Source: an uncultured Planctomycetia bacterium
GTDB lineage: Bacteria; Omnitrophota; Gorgyraeia; 1-14-0-20-64-10
Length of the DNA stretch: 64,000 bases
Assembly (NCBI GenBank): GCA_964597545.1
Contig: CAZQXN010000001.1
Location: 69,655-133,654, forward strand
Direction: 5' to 3'
The stretch's first letter is position 1; every line of letters begins with the position of its first letter. A program made the translations under genes and the position numbers. The notes below the pieces were generated by a model. The model saw only the letters and a program-made list of their open reading frames with translations. It did no database searches and had not been told where the DNA came from. Shown here in pieces: positions 18,504 to 27,477 of the stretch.

Positions 18504-20564
18504 ATGAGTGCTCCCCGTCAACCGGCGGAACATTCCGCCCGATCCAATAAGCGTCTTCTGCTGCAGCAAATTTCTCTGTTCGCTGACCTTACGGACGAGC
18601 AGCTGGATTTCGTTGCCGACCGATCCCGCCTGGATGAATTCGACAAGGGTCAAACCATTTATACCCGGGGGGACAAGCCGGATTCCTTCTATGGCTTAGT
18701 CAGCGGCCGGGTTCGGATCTATGGGGGAGCCCCCGACCAGGCCCAGCGAGAGATCCTGGAGGTCCTGCACCGCGGCGACTACTTCGGGATGATCTCGATC
18801 CTCACCAATGAGCCTCATTCGGTGACGGCCGAGGTGGTCAACGATTCAATCCTCTTTAGAATTCAGCGGCCGGACTTCGAGGCGATCCTCAAAGAGATCC
18901 CAGCAGTTGCCGTTCACCTGTCCACCACCCTCTCTCGACGCCTGCGCCAAAAGGACTTAGGTGAGAAAAAGATCTTTGAGTCCACTCTGATCTCCATCTA
19001 CAGCCCGCTTAAGGGGACCGGACGCACCATGTACGGGATCAATCTGGCGAGCTCCCTTCACCGGGAAACCGGCAAGAAGGTGATTCTCCTCGATATGAGC
19101 CCTGCCGGGGATGCGGTCTGCCAGGCGATGGAGCGGCCTAAATGCCCCACCCCATTGAAGCTCAAGGGGGTGCGGTTTAATCAAGATCAAGTGGCCTTAG
19201 CCATTGCCCACCACCCTGAGGTGGGCTTTGACACGCTGAACATCGCGCACGACCCCAATGTCGCCTCGGATGTGACACAGATCACCCCGCTGTTATCCTA
19301 TTTGGCGAACTCCTATCATTTTGTCATCAGTGATCTGCCGCACGAGATGGACCGCACGGTCTTCAAGGCGCTGGCGCAGGCAGACCTCATTCACTTGGTC
19401 TCAACCGGGGCCAGGGCTCAATTGCATACCACCGCCGATGTCCTCGAGGATCTCAAGAAAACCGTGCAGATGGTGGACGAGCGGGTCAAGGTGGTGGTCA
19501 ACGAGAGCACCGCCAATACCGATCAGGCAGAGCGGACCTTGATTCTCAATCGCAAGGTGTACGCTACCCTGCCCCGGGTCGATGCCACCCCGGCTCCGGG
19601 GCATCCCATTGTCTCGGCCCATCCGAATTGGGAATATGCCCAATCGGTCCGCCGGATCGCGCGGGAGATCGGAGAGGTGCTGGTGGGCCTGGTACTTGGC
19701 TCCGGGGCAGCCTTGGGGCTGGCGCACATCGGGATCTTAAGGATCTTAGAGCGTGAGAAGATCCCCATCGACATCATTGCTGGTTCTTCCATGGGGGCGC
19801 TGATCGGCACCTTATGGGCCTCGGGGCTCTCCTCAAACCAGATTGAGGAGATTGCCAGCAATTTCAAAACCAAGGCCTCCCTTCTGCAATTGATCGACTT
19901 GACCATCCCGAAGTTTGGGATCTTTACCGGCCGGCGCATCACCAAATTCTTGGCGAATGAGTTCGAGGATATGACCTTCCGAGACCTGAAGCTGCCCATG
20001 AAGGTGGTGGCCTGCGATTATGTCCGGCGGGAGGTAGTGGTGTTGGACGAAGGGCCGGTGGTGCCGGCCATTCGGGCTTCGGTCTCGATCCCGGGAATCT
20101 TTGAGCCGGTCAAGATCAACCACCGTTGGTTGATTGACGGCGGCGTGCTGGATCCGGTGCCGGTAGACACGCTGGCTCAGATGGGGGTGCACAAGATCAT
20201 TGCGGTCAATACCCTGCCCAGCCCCACAGACATTCGCCGCAAGCAGGTGGAGGGAGCTGCCGAGTGGGGAGAGATCCGCCGCCAGGCACAGCGCAAGGGA
20301 CTGCTGCATGCCCTTTTGTTCCAGATGAGGCTCGCCTTCCGCAACTGGCGAGATCCCAACATCTTGGACGTCATCATGCATTCGATGCAGGCCATGGAGT
20401 ACGAGCTGGCGGAGGCTGCTTGCGCTCAGGCAGATGTGGCACTCCACCCGACGATCCCCCGAATCAACTGGTGGGAGTTCTATAATGTGGATGAGTTGAT
20501 TGAAGAGGGGACGCGCCGGGCAGAAGCGCACTTGGATGAAATCAAGCGATTGGTGTCTGAATGA
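18504..20564 (+). CDS. Cyclic-nucleotide-binding / MinD-CpaE-like / patatin-like phospholipase fusion (NTE/RssA family)
   Basis: cNMP domain (GDYFGMISIL..EPHSVTAE), central SPLKGTGRT..ILLD..DLP, patatin GSGAALGLAHIG, GSSMG, DGG. Confidence 0.88.
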   Translation: MSAPRQPAEHSARSNKRLLLQQISLFADLTDEQLDFVADRSRLDEFDKGQTIYTRGDKPDSFYGLVSGRVRIYGGAPDQAQREILEVLHRGDYFGMISILTNEPHSVTAEVVNDSILFRIQRPDFEAILKEIPAVAVHLSTTLSRRLRQKDLGEKKIFESTLISIYSPLKGTGRTMYGINLASSLHRETGKKVILLDMSPAGDAVCQAMERPKCPTPLKLKGVRFNQDQVALAIAHHPEVGFDTLNIAHDPNVASDVTQITPLLSYLANSYHFVISDLPHEMDRTVFKALAQADLIHLVSTGARAQLHTTADVLEDLKKTVQMVDERVKVVVNESTANTDQAERTLILNRKVYATLPRVDATPAPGHPIVSAHPNWEYAQSVRRIAREIGEVLVGLVLGSGAALGLAHIGILRILEREKIPIDIIAGSSMGALIGTLWASGLSSNQIEEIASNFKTKASLLQLIDLTIPKFGIFTGRRITKFLANEFEDMTFRDLKLPMKVVACDYVRREVVVLDEGPVVPAIRASVSIPGIFEPVKINHRWLIDGGVLDPVPVDTLAQMGVHKIIAVNTLPSPTDIRRKQVEGAAEWGEIRRQAQRKGLLHALLFQMRLAFRNWRDPNILDVIMHSMQAMEYELAEAACAQADVALHPTIPRINWWEFYNVDELIEEGTRRAEAHLDEIKRLVSE

Positions 20565-20590
20565 AGTCGGTACCCAAAGGAGAGCGTTGA

Positions 20591-21823
20591 ATGGCTATTT
20601 ATAAAGCAGGTGTGATCGGTGCCGGAACGATGGGTGCCGGAATCGCTCAGGTGTTGACCTTTAACGGCATCCCCGTGGTCTTAAAAGAGGTCAATGATGA
20701 GTTTCTCCAGCGCGGCATGGGGATGATCCGCAAGGTGTACGAGGGACGGGTCGCCAAGAAGCGGATGACGTCGGAGGAGATGGAAGAGAAGCTTAAGCTC
20801 GTCACCCCAACCACCAGCTACGACCCCTTGAAGGAAGCGGATCTGGTGATCGAGGCGGTGCCGGAGCTGATCAAGCTTAAGATCGAGATCTTCAAGGCGC
20901 TCGATGAGATCTGCTCTGAGGGGACCATCTTGGCCACCAATACATCGGCCCTGTCGGTCTCCGGGATTGGGGCGGTGACCAAGCGCCCGGAGCGCGTAGT
21001 CGGTATGCACTTCTTTTTCCCTGCCCACATCATGAAGCTGGTGGAGGTGATCCCGGGGCTTAACACCAGCGACGAAACCGTCGAAGAGGTGACGGGGCTG
21101 GCAGAGAATCTGCGAAAATTCCCGGTCAAGGTCAAGGAGTGTCCGGGCTTTCTGGTCAACCGGCTGCTCATGCCGTACTTGAACGAAGCGGTGATGGCAC
21201 TCGAGGAGGGGGCTGCCGGTGTCGAGGAGATCGACAAGGGCATGAAGGATCTGGGCTGGCCGATGGGCCCCTTCACCCTGATTGATGCGTTGGGGCTGGA
21301 CATCTGTGCGGAGGCCGGTAAGGTCCTCTGGCAGGGTTACGGCGACCGGATGCACCCGGCTCGACTGTGGATGCGGATGCTGGAGCTCAAGCGCTTGGGC
21401 CGAAAATCCGGCAAGGGCTTCTACGATTACGGAGAGCCCGGTTCCAAGGCAGCCGGTCAGGTGGATGCAGCACTTCAAGCAGAGATTGAGAAGCTCAGAA
21501 AAGAAACCGGCAAACCCAAGACTGCCTTTACCCCGGAGCGGCTGATGACCCTCATCATCAATGAAGCGGTGCTCGCTCTGCAGGAGGAGGTCTCCTCGGC
21601 AAGTGAGATTGAGATCGCAGTGCTGGCGGGGCTGGGGTACCCACCCTCCAAGGGGGGGCTGCTGCATGCCGCCGACCAAATAGGAATCGATACGCTCACC
21701 GATACCCTGGACCGGCTCGCCCAGGAGTTGGGCTTTCGGTTTCATCCGGCCTATCGCTTGAGGACCATGCGCAATGCCGGGTACCTGGGGGCCAAAACCA
21801 AACAAGGATTCTTTAGTTATTAA
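20591..21823 (+). CDS. 3-hydroxyacyl-CoA dehydrogenase
   Basis: GVIGAGTMGAGIA, VIEAVPE, TNTS, GMHFF, PGFLVNR, PMGPF; two C-terminal domains. Confidence 0.93.
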   Translation: MAIYKAGVIGAGTMGAGIAQVLTFNGIPVVLKEVNDEFLQRGMGMIRKVYEGRVAKKRMTSEEMEEKLKLVTPTTSYDPLKEADLVIEAVPELIKLKIEIFKALDEICSEGTILATNTSALSVSGIGAVTKRPERVVGMHFFFPAHIMKLVEVIPGLNTSDETVEEVTGLAENLRKFPVKVKECPGFLVNRLLMPYLNEAVMALEEGAAGVEEIDKGMKDLGWPMGPFTLIDALGLDICAEAGKVLWQGYGDRMHPARLWMRMLELKRLGRKSGKGFYDYGEPGSKAAGQVDAALQAEIEKLRKETGKPKTAFTPERLMTLIINEAVLALQEEVSSASEIEIAVLAGLGYPPSKGGLLHAADQIGIDTLTDTLDRLAQELGFRFHPAYRLRTMRNAGYLGAKTKQGFFSY

Positions 21824-21826
21824 ACC

Positions 21827-21866
21827 CGGTACCGGGTACGCCTGTTGATAAGTGTACCCGGTACCG
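21827..21866. repeat. CGGTACCGGGTAC-family palindromic element
   Basis: cggtaccgggtacg-cctgttgataag-tgtacccggtaccg directly after stop codon. Confidence 0.85.
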
Positions 21867-21881
21867 CTTGAAGGAGGAGTG

Positions 21882-22667
21882 ATGGCTGACTACCAATATT
21901 TAGGTGTTTCAACCGAGGAGAAGATCTGTACGCTGACCATCAGTAACCCGCCGGCGAACCTGCTCTCCCGAGCTGTGTTGACTGAGATCAACGGCTTCTT
22001 GGAGGGGCTGGAGAAGGATCCGGGTGAGGTCAAGGTGCTCTTGATCACCGCTGCCGGCACCTTTTTTATCGTGGGGGCCGACATCACTGAAATCTCGAAC
22101 ATCAAAGGGGCAGCCGAAGGCGAGGAGGCAGCCTCCCTGGGTCAGAAGGTGATCAACAGGCTTGAGAAGCTTCCAATCCCGACGATTGCCGTCATCAACG
22201 GCCACTGCTTGGGTGGGGGCAATGAGCTGGTCATGGCCTGCTCGATCCGAATCGCCAATGAGCGGGCCCGATTCGGCCAGCCGGAAATCAGCCTAGGGAT
22301 CTTGCCCGGCTTTGGCGGCACGCAGCGGCTGACCCGGCTTGTGGGCAAATCCCGCGCTCTGGAGCTGATGCTGACCGGCGACATGATCAACGGCAAGGCG
22401 GCCGAGGCGATGGGGTTGGTCAATAAGGCAGTTCCTGAGTCGGAGCTGATGAAGCAGGCCAAGGGGCTGGCCAAGAAGATCGCCGAGAAGAGCCGGCCTG
22501 CATTGGAACGAATCCTGCGGCTTGCTCGAGAAGGGGTGACCCTACCCTTGGAGGAAGCCCTTAAAATCGAGGCCAAGCTCTTCGGTGAGCTGTGCGCGAC
22601 CGAGGACATGAAAGAGGGGCTTTCTGCATTCCTGCAGAAGCGCCGACCCAAATTCCAGGACAAATGA
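21882..22667 (+). CDS. Enoyl-CoA hydratase/isomerase
   Basis: FIVGADI, INGHCLGGGNEL, FGQPEISLGILPGFGGTQRL; SD AGGAGG upstream of ATG 21882. Confidence 0.94.
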   Translation: MADYQYLGVSTEEKICTLTISNPPANLLSRAVLTEINGFLEGLEKDPGEVKVLLITAAGTFFIVGADITEISNIKGAAEGEEAASLGQKVINRLEKLPIPTIAVINGHCLGGGNELVMACSIRIANERARFGQPEISLGILPGFGGTQRLTRLVGKSRALELMLTGDMINGKAAEAMGLVNKAVPESELMKQAKGLAKKIAEKSRPALERILRLAREGVTLPLEEALKIEAKLFGELCATEDMKEGLSAFLQKRRPKFQDK

Positions 22668-24460
22668 CCGAAAACGAAAAAACAATCCCCGGGATGTTTG
22701 ACGCTAGAACCCAGCGGTACGGGGATCGAGCAGTGTGCAAGGTCAAGCGAGGCCTGACCTACCAAGATATTTCTTGGAGGGAGCTCAACGCCCAAGTCGA
22801 GGAGCTGGCCCTGGGGCTTCTGGATCTTGGGGTTAAACCCGGGGACCGGCTGGCCATTCTCGCCGGGAACCGGCCGGAGTGGGCAGCGGCAGATCTGGCA
22901 ATCCTGTCGGTCGGGGGTGTGACCGTTCCGATTTACACCTCCCTGACCCCCGAGGAGATTGAGTACATCCTCCGGCATGCCCAGACACACGTTGTTTTTG
23001 TCGCAGATCCGGAGTTGATGAGCAAGGTCCTTCCGTATCAAGAATCGCTGGACCTTAAGATCATCCTCTTCGACGCCCCTTACCGCGCCTCTGGACCGCG
23101 CATCTGGTGGATCGGAGAATTCATCGGGCTCGGGCGCACTGCAGGCCCCGCCCTGCGCCGGATGCTGCCTGAGCGCCGTGGGGCGATCGGTCCCAATGAC
23201 TTGGCCTCGATCATCTACACCTCCGGCACCACCGGCCCCCCTAAGGGGGCGATGCTCACACATGACAATTTTCTCTCCAACTGCCGCGCCATTGCCCAAA
23301 TCGTCCCCATGGGATCGGAGGATTTGACCCTTTCTTTTCTGCCCCTCTCGCACGTCTTTGAGCGAACCGCCGGATATTACTTCGTCCTCTTCCAGGGGGG
23401 AACCATCGCCTATGCCGAGAACCAGGAATCAGTGCCTCGGAATCTCCTGGAGGTTCGCCCCACGGTGGTGACGGCAGTGCCCCGTTTCTACGAGAAGATC
23501 TACGAACAGATTGAGACCAACATTCGCTCTGCCTCCAAGCTCAAGCAGAAAATCTTTGCCTGGGCCTTGGAGGTCGGACGCAAACGAACGCAGCGTTTTC
23601 TCGACGGGCTGCCGATTGCACCCACCTTAGCCGGTGCTTACGTGGCGGCGGATCTCGTGGCTTTCTCCAAGCTGCGCGAGCGCCTCGGGGGAAGGTTGCG
23701 CTTCTTTGTCTCAGGGGGCGCACCGCTCTCTAAACCATTGGCTGAATTCTTCTATGCCGCAGGGATCTTGGTGCTGGAGGGCTACGGCCTGACAGAAACC
23801 TCGCCGGTCATTACCGTCAATCGCCCGGGGCAATTTCGCTTCGGCTCGGTGGGACCCCACATCCCGGATGTGGAGCTTCGAATCGCCGAGGACGGCGAGA
23901 TCCTAACGCGCGGTCCCCACGTCATGCAAGGGTATTTCCAGAACGAAGAAGCGACTCGCAGCGCGATCGATGCCGAGGGGTGGTTCCGTACCGGCGACAT
24001 CGGCAGCTTAAGCCCGGAGGGATTCTTAACGATTACCGACCGGAAGAAAGACCTCATCAAGACTTCAGGCGGCAAGATGGTGGCTCCCCAGAACCTGGAG
24101 GCTAAGCTCAAAGCTGATCCTTACATTGCTGACTGTGTTGTAATCGGAGATCGCCATAAGTATCTGGTAGCACTTGTGGTTGCGAATTTCGCGAAACTTG
24201 AAAATCTCGCCTGCCACCTCTCGATCCCCGCTGTCAACCTCAAGGATCTGCTGGAGCATCCCGGAATCCTGGAGTTCATGGACAAACGGCTAGCCCAGAT
24301 TAACAAGGAGCTTGCCCCCTTCGAGCAAATCAGGAAGATTGCCCTGCTGCAGGAGCCTTTCAGTCAGCTGGGCAGGGAATTGACCCCTACCTTGAAGGTG
24401 AGGCGCCGGGTTGTGGCCGAGCGGTATGCCGACCGGATTGAAGCGCTGTACCAAGATTGA
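22664..24460 (+). CDS. Long-chain fatty acid-CoA ligase (AMP-binding)
   Basis: IIYTSGTTGPPKG, EGYGLTE, FRTGDIG, DRKKDLIKTSGGK, ELTPTLK. Confidence 0.94.
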   Translation: MTENEKTIPGMFDARTQRYGDRAVCKVKRGLTYQDISWRELNAQVEELALGLLDLGVKPGDRLAILAGNRPEWAAADLAILSVGGVTVPIYTSLTPEEIEYILRHAQTHVVFVADPELMSKVLPYQESLDLKIILFDAPYRASGPRIWWIGEFIGLGRTAGPALRRMLPERRGAIGPNDLASIIYTSGTTGPPKGAMLTHDNFLSNCRAIAQIVPMGSEDLTLSFLPLSHVFERTAGYYFVLFQGGTIAYAENQESVPRNLLEVRPTVVTAVPRFYEKIYEQIETNIRSASKLKQKIFAWALEVGRKRTQRFLDGLPIAPTLAGAYVAADLVAFSKLRERLGGRLRFFVSGGAPLSKPLAEFFYAAGILVLEGYGLTETSPVITVNRPGQFRFGSVGPHIPDVELRIAEDGEILTRGPHVMQGYFQNEEATRSAIDAEGWFRTGDIGSLSPEGFLTITDRKKDLIKTSGGKMVAPQNLEAKLKADPYIADCVVIGDRHKYLVALVVANFAKLENLACHLSIPAVNLKDLLEHPGILEFMDKRLAQINKELAPFEQIRKIALLQEPFSQLGRELTPTLKVRRRVVAERYADRIEALYQD

Positions 24461-24632
24461 CCCTCCCTTAAGCACCCCCTTTTCACCCCCTGATTCTTTT
24501 TTTAGCCCCAAATAATCCTTGCTTGTAACTCACCAAAAAACCTTGCTAAAATATGACCTTAGTGTATGTCTAGCTGAGTGTTCCAGCGCCCAGCTCCCCG
24601 GGGTCCTGGATGGCAGGAGAGGTGTGTCTAGG

Positions 24633-25469
24633 ATGACGGAGAGCTCTGACAATTTGGTCTCCGGAGATGGGCTGCGTCTGTCTTATCGCCGTTGGGAGGC
24701 AGCTCAAGCGAAGGGGGTTTGCCTGGTGACGCACGGGATTGCGGAACACAGCGGACGATACGCAGGGCTGGCCAAGACCCTGACTGAGCACGGACTGTCT
24801 GTCTGGGCTCTGGATCATCGGGGACATGGCCGATCCCAAGGGCGGCGGGGAGATTGCCGCACGCTCGGGGATTATGTTCAGGATCTCCATCGACTGCTTG
24901 AGGTTTCTCTGCAAGCCACACCCACCCTGCCCCGTATCTTAATCGGACACAGCCTGGGAGGATTGATTGCCTTGGCTTTTGCAGTACGATTCCCCTCTTG
25001 CATCAAGGGAGTTGCCGTTTCCTCCCCTGCCTTCAAGCTGGCCGAAGAGCCTTCCCGCATCAAGCTCCTTGCGGCTCAGCTCTTTTCGCACCTTCTCCCT
25101 ACAGTTCCCATTCCCAACGGGGTTAACCCTAAGCATCTCTGTCGAGATCCCCAGGTGGTCCAAGGCTACAGGACAGATCCCCTGATTCACCGAGTCGTTA
25201 CCGCCCGGGCAGCCGTGGTGCTCAGACAAGCCCTCTCAGATTCCATCAAGCTCGCAGGCCAGCTGCGCATCCCGGTCCTCATGCTTCAAGCAGGGGCCGA
25301 CCGGGTCTGCGACACCCGAGCGGCCGAGCGCTTTGTGCGCGCCGTGGATCCCAAGTGGATCACCACCCATCGATACGAAGGCCTTTATCATGAGCTCTTC
25401 AATGAACCTGAGCTGGAGCGTGTCATGGCCGATCTCATCCGCTGGACAGAAAAGGTGCTTGAGTCATGA
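24633..25469 (+). CDS. Lysophospholipase / monoacylglycerol lipase (alpha/beta hydrolase)
   Basis: HGIAEHSGRY, DHRGHGRS, GHSLGG nucleophile, YHELFNE. Confidence 0.9.
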   Translation: MTESSDNLVSGDGLRLSYRRWEAAQAKGVCLVTHGIAEHSGRYAGLAKTLTEHGLSVWALDHRGHGRSQGRRGDCRTLGDYVQDLHRLLEVSLQATPTLPRILIGHSLGGLIALAFAVRFPSCIKGVAVSSPAFKLAEEPSRIKLLAAQLFSHLLPTVPIPNGVNPKHLCRDPQVVQGYRTDPLIHRVVTARAAVVLRQALSDSIKLAGQLRIPVLMLQAGADRVCDTRAAERFVRAVDPKWITTHRYEGLYHELFNEPELERVMADLIRWTEKVLES

Positions 25470-26026
25470 GGCGCATGGGGAGTGCGGGGGGAGCTGTTAA
25501 GTTCGCAGTGCTGCTGGCCCTGCCTGTGCTGGTGCTGGCACTGCTTTATCCCACCCTCTCGGTTGCCTGGTTCAAGTTGCAGGAGCCAACCTTCGCGATC
25601 CCCTTGGGTGTTAACCAAGATGTGCAGGTCCGCGAGGATGGTTATGGCTCAGGTTATTTTGGGGCTCGCCGAAGCGGCGGGCGCAAGCATCGTGGGGTAG
25701 ATCTCACAGCCCCGGTAGGAACACCGGTTTTGGCGGCCAAATCCGGCACCGCCCTGATCGGACGCAAGAAGAATGGCATGGGTCGTTACGTGGAGGTGCT
25801 TCATCCGGACGGCTGGAAGACCCTGTACGGGCATCTGAGCCAAATTGCCATTGAAGACCACCAGCGCATCCGGCAGGGGGAAGCGGTTGGGGCTGTTGGA
25901 AAAAGCGGCAATGCAAGTTACCGGACGATGCGCGCGCACCTCCACTTTGAGCTATGGAGCAACGAAGGGGTACCTGTTGATCCCTTAGAGCATTTACCGG
26001 TCAGAGAGAAAGCGTATGGAGCATAG
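25466..26026 (+). CDS. M23 family metallopeptidase
   Basis: N-terminal TM; HRGVD, YGHL, HLHFE motifs. Confidence 0.92.
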   Translation: MRRMGSAGGAVKFAVLLALPVLVLALLYPTLSVAWFKLQEPTFAIPLGVNQDVQVREDGYGSGYFGARRSGGRKHRGVDLTAPVGTPVLAAKSGTALIGRKKNGMGRYVEVLHPDGWKTLYGHLSQIAIEDHQRIRQGEAVGAVGKSGNASYRTMRAHLHFELWSNEGVPVDPLEHLPVREKAYGA

Positions 26027-26891
26027 CGTGGGGCGGCGGCAAGAGTGTCGATGGGTGTGGGTGCTGGCGGCTTTGGCGCTGGCAGGCTGCACCACCATCT
26101 ACAACCCGGCTACCGAACAACGGGAGACGGTCTTGACCACATCGGTCGAGATGGCCCTGGGGAATCTGGCCCGGGCGCAGATGGGATTGGGCTCCCTTAC
26201 GGTCGGTGAGGTCAAGCCCGAGATGCTGACTCGAGTGCAGCGAATCGGCAAACGGCTCGCCGCTGTCAGCGACCGAAAGGATCTTCCCTATCACTTTGGC
26301 GTGGTCAAAGCAAAATCGCTCAACGCCTTTGCCTTGCCGGGAGGGACGATCTACGTGCATACGACGCTCGCTGAGAAAGCAACCGATGAGGAGCTGGCAG
26401 CGGTTCTCGCCCATGAGATCGGTCACGTAGCGGCCCGCCACGCTGCCAAGCATCTTCAGTGGAACTTAGGGATAACCACCCTGCTGTCGATCGCCTCCTC
26501 GGCCGGGGCCAGCGCGGATTCTGCCCGCATGGTCAACTCCATCTATGGCTTGATCTCCAATGGATACGGCCGCCGGGATGAGCTGGAGGCAGACCGCCTG
26601 GCCATCCGATACATGAACCGGGCCCACTATAATCCGAAGGCCATCATCTCCTTTTTCGAAAAGATGGACGCAGAGGACCCGGAGACCACCCTGGACAAAG
26701 CGCTGATCTGGCAGCGCTCACACCCTTTGACCAGCGATCGCATTGAGCAGGTGCGTCGAGAGATTAAGCGGCTCGCCGGTGAAACGTTCTGCCCTGCCTG
26801 CGGCAGGACATACGGCCCCGAGGTCAAATTCTGTGAGCGGGACGGAACAGTCCTTAAAAAGAAACAGTTACCTGAGGAGGAGGTGTCATGA
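26016..26891 (+). CDS. M48 family metallopeptidase lipoprotein with C-terminal zinc ribbon
   Basis: LAGC lipobox; NAFALPGG, HEIGH, ELEAD, SHP; CPACG...CERDG tail. Confidence 0.9.
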   Translation: MEHSVGRRQECRWVWVLAALALAGCTTIYNPATEQRETVLTTSVEMALGNLARAQMGLGSLTVGEVKPEMLTRVQRIGKRLAAVSDRKDLPYHFGVVKAKSLNAFALPGGTIYVHTTLAEKATDEELAAVLAHEIGHVAARHAAKHLQWNLGITTLLSIASSAGASADSARMVNSIYGLISNGYGRRDELEADRLAIRYMNRAHYNPKAIISFFEKMDAEDPETTLDKALIWQRSHPLTSDRIEQVRREIKRLAGETFCPACGRTYGPEVKFCERDGTVLKKKQLPEEEVS

Positions 26892-27003
26892 TCCCACCAC
26901 CTGACTTAGCCCCCACGGGGCTGTCGAATCAGAGATTCGACCCGTCTTGGACGGGTCAGGCGGAAGGGGTGCATCCGCCCAAGACAGAAAGGGAGGTGGT
27001 GGG

Positions 27004-27477
27004 GTGATCCGGATTCTTGCGCTGGGAGCGGTTTGTCTGGCGGTATTCATCCTAATTGTAGTCCTGCGCGAGGAACGCCTCCAAATCAAGGGTAAGGTGC
27101 CGTTGGGGCGCCTGCGCAAGCTGTGGTTTCGCAATGAACGCAGAATCGCCCCCCGCTACCGGCTGGATTGGCCGGTTCGGTACCGCCGAACAGACAAGGT
27201 GTCGAACCTACCGGCCACCACCCGGGATGTCAGCCAAACCGGCGCCGGACTGATGGTGGAAGAGCGCATGGAGGTGGGCTCCGAGGTTGAGCTGCAGTTT
27301 ACCCTGCCCACCCATCCACAGCCCATCTGGGTGATTTCAGAAATCATGTGGCAGAAAGAGGTTGCGCGCAATCCCAGCACCCCGGACAACAAGCGGGTCT
27401 TTTACATCGGTGTGCACTTTAAGGGGCTTAGCCCCAAGATAGAAAAGGAGCTGACAAAATCACTTCGCCAGGAATGA
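27004..27477 (+). CDS. Membrane-anchored PilZ domain protein
   Basis: RRIAPR (RxxxR) and DVSQTG (DxSxxG); GTG 27004 preceded by GGGAGG. Confidence 0.88.
   Translation: MIRILALGAVCLAVFILIVVLREERLQIKGKVPLGRLRKLWFRNERRIAPRYRLDWPVRYRRTDKVSNLPATTRDVSQTGAGLMVEERMEVGSEVELQFTLPTHPQPIWVISEIMWQKEVARNPSTPDNKRVFYIGVHFKGLSPKIEKELTKSLRQE

Noticed and set aside
17313-23353. Long antisense ORFs (17313-18239, 20681-21805, 22142-23353; similarly 40312-41214 and 57166-58104)
   Set aside because: Shadow ORFs opposite well-supported genes in GC-rich sequence, with no recognisable motifs.
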